Origin: Oscillospiraceae bacterium
GTDB taxonomy: Bacteria > Bacillota > Clostridia > Oscillospirales > Ruminococcaceae
Reading direction: 5' to 3'
Length of the DNA: 64,000 nt
NCBI GenBank assembly: GCA_965226565.1
Contig: CBDDDI010000004.1
Span: forward strand, 408,942-472,941
Made by a program: the position numbers and the translations under genes. Shown piece after piece: positions 60,180 to 64,000 of the stretch. The first letter of the stretch is position 1. The number at the start of each line of letters is the position of its first letter. The notes beneath the pieces were generated by a model that was not told the DNA's origin, did not search any database, and saw only the letters and a program-made list of their open reading frames with translations.

Positions 60180-62765
60180 GTGATAAAGTTGTTTAATGAT
60201 AATACAAAAGTGATTCCTGTTGATATTGAAAAAGAGATGAAAAAATCATTTCTTGAATATTCAATGTCAGTTATAGTATCTCGTGCATTGCCAGATGTAA
60301 GAGATGGATTGAAACCTGTTCATAGACGTATTTTGTATACTATGTATGAAGCAGGATTAACTCCGGATAAAAAATATTTAAAATGTGCAGCTACCGTCGG
60401 AGACGTTTTAGGTAAATATCATCCACATGGTGATGGATCTGTTTATGACGCATTAGTAAGAATGGCACAAGATTTTTCACTTCGTTATCCATTAGTAGAT
60501 GGTCACGGAAACTTTGGTAGTATAGATGGAGATCCAGCAGCTGCTTATAGATATACTGAAGCAAAAATGGGAAAAATCTCAGTAGAAATGCTTACAGATA
60601 TTCAAAAAAATACAGTACCATATATGTCTAACTATGACGATAGACTAAAAGAACCTGTAGTTTTGCCATCAAGATTTCCAAATCTTTTGGTAAATGGATC
60701 AACAGGTATAGCTGTTGGTATGGCAACAAATATTCCTCCACATAATTTATGCGAAGTTATAGATGGAGTAAATTTACTTATAGAAAATCCTGATTGTACA
60801 CTAGACGAAATGATGGAATTTATAAAAGGACCTGATTTTCCAACAGGTGGTATTATTATGGGTAGAGCAGGAATTCGTGCTGCTTACGCAACAGGACGTG
60901 GTAAAGTAATTTTACGTTCTGATGTTACAATTGAAGAAATAAAAAATAGAACATGTCTTGTTGTACATGAAATTCCATACATGGTTAATAAATCAAGACT
61001 TATTGAGAATATTGCTAATCTTGTAAAAGACAAAAGAATTGAAGGAATACATGATCTTCGAGACGAATCTGATAGAGATGGTTTAAGAATTGTAATTGAG
61101 CTAAAAAGAGATGCTCTTGAACAAGTTGTTTTAAATAAATTATATTCATATACACAGCTTCAAGATACTGTTGGTGTAATAATGTTATCACTTGTAAATG
61201 GAATTCCAAAAGTGTTAACATTAAAACAAATGCTTGAATATTATCTTGATTTCCAAGTTGATGTTATTGTAAAAAGAACTCAATTTGATTTAAAGAAATT
61301 AAAAGATAGAGAACATATTTTATTAGGTCTTGCTATTGCAGTTGACCATTTAGATGAAGTAATTGAAATATGTAGAAGTTCTTCAAATAAAGCTGAGATC
61401 AAAGAAAGATTAATGGAAAAATTTAATTTATCAACTATCCAAGCTGAAGAAATTGCACTTATGAGATTATATCAAATTTCTAATATGGAAAGACAAAAAA
61501 TTCTTGATGAATTAAAAGAAATTGAAATCAAGATAGCTGATTTAGAAGATATTTTAGCTAATCATGATAGAGTTCTTTCTATAATCAAAGAAGAACTTAC
61601 TGAAATAAAAAGAAAATTTGGTGACGAACGTAGAACAAGAATTGAAAATGTCAGCGGAGAAGTTGATATAGAAGATTTAATTCCTGTTGAAGACTGCGTT
61701 GTTGCGTATACAAATATTGGATATATTAAACGTCAACCAATTGATGTTTATAAAACTCAACGTCGAGGTGGACGAGGAGTTTCTGGAATGAAACAACGTG
61801 AAGAAGATGTTGTAAACGAAATGTTTATATCATCATCACATGATAATGTATTGTTTATCACAAATAAAGGAATTATGTATAAACTTAAATGTTATGAGAT
61901 TCCTGAAGGTTCTAAACAATCAAAAGGTACTAATATTGTTAATTTACTTTCATTGTCTGAAAATGAGAAAATTGAAGCAATGATTAAAACTACTGATTTT
62001 GATGAAGGTAAATATCTAATTTTGATAACCAAAAAAGGAATTATCAAAAAGACAAGATTAGATGCATATAAAAATGTTAGAAAAAATGGACTTATTGCAA
62101 TTGGTTTGGCTGAAGATGATGAAATTGCAGGTGTTAGATTAACTGATGGAACATGTGATTTGATTATTGCTACAAAAAATGGTATGGCTATTAGATTTAA
62201 TGAAAACCAACTTAGATCTTTGTCACGTTCAGCACATGGTGTAAAAGCTATAAAACTAAGAAAAGATGATGAAGTAATTTCAATGGCAAGAGTTCGTGAA
62301 GGTGCAACTGTTCTAACAGTTACTGATAAAGGTTTAGGAAGAAGATCTGATTTAAGCAGTTATAGAAGCCAAAATCGTGGTGGATATGGAATGCTTAACT
62401 ATAAAGTTTCTGAAGAAAAAGGTCATGTTTGTGGAATTAAAGTTGTTGATGAAACTGATGATATTATAATGATTGCTAGTAACGGAGTTGTTATAAGAAT
62501 TCGTGCTTGTGATATTAGAGTTATGGGAAGATACGCTATTGGTGTTAAAGTTATGAGAATTAATGATGGTGATAGTGTTGTTAGTTTCACAAGAGCAGAA
62601 CATGAAGAAGATGTTGAAACTGACGAAATTGAAATTGATGAAGAACTTGAAAAAGAAAATGATTTAGCACAAGATGAAGAAAATGAAGTCGTTATTGAAG
62701 AAAATGAAAATGAAGATGATGTAGATAACGATGAAGAAGAAATTGACATAGAAGATCAAGAATAA
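60180..62765 (+). CDS. gyrA: DNA gyrase subunit A with an acidic C-terminal tail (GTG or TTG start)
   Basis: [25 protein letters not shown], the active-site region AAAYRYTEA, and six C-terminal beta-pinwheel repeats. The about 55-aa Glu/Asp tail ends [10 protein letters not shown]. The start is the GTG at 60180 or the TTG at 60189. Confidence 0.95.
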   Translation: MIKLFNDNTKVIPVDIEKEMKKSFLEYSMSVIVSRALPDVRDGLKPVHRRILYTMYEAGLTPDKKYLKCAATVGDVLGKYHPHGDGSVYDALVRMAQDFSLRYPLVDGHGNFGSIDGDPAAAYRYTEAKMGKISVEMLTDIQKNTVPYMSNYDDRLKEPVVLPSRFPNLLVNGSTGIAVGMATNIPPHNLCEVIDGVNLLIENPDCTLDEMMEFIKGPDFPTGGIIMGRAGIRAAYATGRGKVILRSDVTIEEIKNRTCLVVHEIPYMVNKSRLIENIANLVKDKRIEGIHDLRDESDRDGLRIVIELKRDALEQVVLNKLYSYTQLQDTVGVIMLSLVNGIPKVLTLKQMLEYYLDFQVDVIVKRTQFDLKKLKDREHILLGLAIAVDHLDEVIEICRSSSNKAEIKERLMEKFNLSTIQAEEIALMRLYQISNMERQKILDELKEIEIKIADLEDILANHDRVLSIIKEELTEIKRKFGDERRTRIENVSGEVDIEDLIPVEDCVVAYTNIGYIKRQPIDVYKTQRRGGRGVSGMKQREEDVVNEMFISSSHDNVLFITNKGIMYKLKCYEIPEGSKQSKGTNIVNLLSLSENEKIEAMIKTTDFDEGKYLILITKKGIIKKTRLDAYKNVRKNGLIAIGLAEDDEIAGVRLTDGTCDLIIATKNGMAIRFNENQLRSLSRSAHGVKAIKLRKDDEVISMARVREGATVLTVTDKGLGRRSDLSSYRSQNRGGYGMLNYKVSEEKGHVCGIKVVDETDDIIMIASNGVVIRIRACDIRVMGRYAIGVKVMRINDGDSVVSFTRAEHEEDVETDEIEIDEELEKENDLAQDEENEVVIEENENEDDVDNDEEEIDIEDQE

Positions 62766-62774
62766 AATAAAAAT

Positions 62775-62808
62775 AAAAGGTAGACACATAATGTGCCTAC
62801 CTTTTTTA
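62775..62808. terminator. bidirectional terminator between gyrA and the convergent gene
   Basis: GGTAGACACAT-a-ATGTGCCTACC (one mismatch), flanked by an A-run and a TTTTTT run. Confidence 0.7.
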
Positions 62809-62820
62809 TTATATTTATAA

Positions 62821-64000
62821 CTAATTTAATAAATCAACAGAAGATACAACATCAATTTTATCTTTTTTAGTTGATATAATCTTTTCATTTGAGAAAATAT
62901 AAACATAATCATTAATTAAAATATTTCTTTTAAAGCAATCAAATTTTCTATTATAAATTTCAATTTTACCTAATTCTTTAATTTTATCATCGTTTACATT
63001 GTAAAAATAAAACTTATCAGAAAAGTTTATACCATTAAACAAACTAACAGGAATTCCAATAATACTTTTTTCATTATCAACAAAGAAAGCTTTTGAATTT
63101 TGATAAATCTCAGTTTTAGCATCTTTAAGATCTTTATCAATATTAACACTATCTAATTTATTAAAATTACTTTTAGAAGTAATATCAAATAAATTAACAC
63201 TAATATTACCTTTTGTATTAATACCAATCAACTTATTTTTGTTGTAAGAAGTAAGATATGCTGAAATTTTATCACAAGAAATTTCATCTTTTTTAGTAAT
63301 ATTAGAATCAGATAAATCAAAATTTAAAATAGCATTTTCATTATTATCAGTTGAAATTTGCAATAAATTTTTATCAAAATGAACAGATTCCAAAGTGCTA
63401 TCTTCAGCAATATTTTTAATTTTTGAAATAACATCAAGTTTTTCATTTAAAATATAAACATTATTTTTATTAGAATTAAAATCATCTTTATCATTCATTT
63501 TAGCAGATGTAACCACTCTTAAATTATTATTTTGTTCATTTAAAAAACTAGAATTTATTATACAACCTTCAACAGTATTAATAATATCAGTAGAAATATT
63601 ACCTTTATCAATATTTAATTTTGCAATAGTAGCATAAAGTTTATTTTTATGAATTGTATTATTAACTAAATAAAAATTATTTAAAGAGTTGTAATTAATA
63701 CCAGAATAAGAAAAGAAAGCTTTTGTTGAAACCAAAAGGTCTTTTTTGTTTATATCAAGTCCAGATAAAACTGTGTAGTTAGCAACTTCAGGATCTTCAG
63801 GCAACAATATATCTTCAGGATCAATAAAATTTTCTTTTTCATTACAATAATAAGAAGGAATATATTTTGCATAATCTTCAGCATTATCAATAGGATCTTT
63901 GTTATAAATTGAGTTAAAAGATGATAAATATAAATAACCATTTACCATTGTGGATGATTTATAATCACCTTTTTGAGAAAACTCAGATAATTTTTGTGGT
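62821..64000 (-). CDS. beta-propeller domain protein (COG4880-like secreted protein), C-terminal part; continues past window end
   Basis: The frame stays open from the ATG at 63948 to position 64000 (PQKLSEFSQKGDYKSST precedes MVNGYLYL), so the gene is 5'-truncated by the window. An Asn/Lys-rich repetitive beta-strand pattern ends in IIGIPV ... NDYVYIFSNEKI, as in the Beta_propel family. Confidence 0.55.
   Translation of the reverse strand, partial: PQKLSEFSQKGDYKSSTMVNGYLYLSSFNSIYNKDPIDNAEDYAKYIPSYYCNEKENFIDPEDILLPEDPEVANYTVLSGLDINKKDLLVSTKAFFSYSGINYNSLNNFYLVNNTIHKNKLYATIAKLNIDKGNISTDIINTVEGCIINSSFLNEQNNNLRVVTSAKMNDKDDFNSNKNNVYILNEKLDVISKIKNIAEDSTLESVHFDKNLLQISTDNNENAILNFDLSDSNITKKDEISCDKISAYLTSYNKNKLIGINTKGNISVNLFDITSKSNFNKLDSVNIDKDLKDAKTEIYQNSKAFFVDNEKSIIGIPVSLFNGINFSDKFYFYNVNDDKIKELGKIEIYNRKFDCFKRNILINDYVYIFSNEKIISTKKDKIDVVSSVDLLN

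Noticed and set aside
62352-62749. Minus-strand ORFs (83 and 108 aa, Ser-rich) over the gyrA 3' end
   Set aside because: They are mirror images of the GAA/GAT-rich acidic-tail coding sequence of gyrA and are open by compositional accident.

Overview
AT-rich Firmicutes (Clostridia-like; bofA and yaaL present) chromosome segment spanning the replication origin. At 41.3-52.3 kb lies the usual minus-strand origin-proximal block: serS, parB, parA, a noc-like parB paralogue, rsmG, mnmG, mnmE, jag, yidC, yidD, rnpA, rpmH. It diverges at 52.3-54.7 kb from plus-strand dnaA, dnaN, yaaA, recF, remB, gyrB, a YcxB-like gene and gyrA. dnaA is flanked by two AT-rich spacers. The dnaA-dnaN spacer holds a direct array of TTTTCAACA-like boxes, a TA[A/C] triplet run and an AT-rich stretch. 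Three identical perfect parS palindromes sit in intergenic gaps of the par/mnm block. The middle of the window is housekeeping: guaB, tatD, bofA, yaaL, a NUDIX gene, zapA-U32-dut-amidohydrolase-fumarase alpha, PFOR, argS, DUF1934, murI, ddl and rpmG-secE-nusG-rplKAJL, the last not followed by rpoBC. The left third looks accessory. The content most worth a second look is: (i) a LacI-controlled glycyl radical enzyme locus (7.5-18 kb) joined to a rhamnulokinase-type kinase, a FucA/RhaD-fold aldolase and a ribose-type ABC importer, with no isomerase and no microcompartment genes; (ii) an 800-bp non-coding gap (5.4-6.2 kb) with two convergent near-consensus promoters, a 25-codon hydrophobic ORF and shared terminators, which is a type I toxin-antitoxin-like layout; (iii) a tandem repeat read in two frames by two overlapping genes (4676-4935); (iv) the oriC box word recurring as inverted pairs upstream of guaB. 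No rRNA, tRNA, CRISPR, transposase, integrase or phage genes were recognised by eye. Functions are inferred from motifs I could read in the translations; no database search was run.
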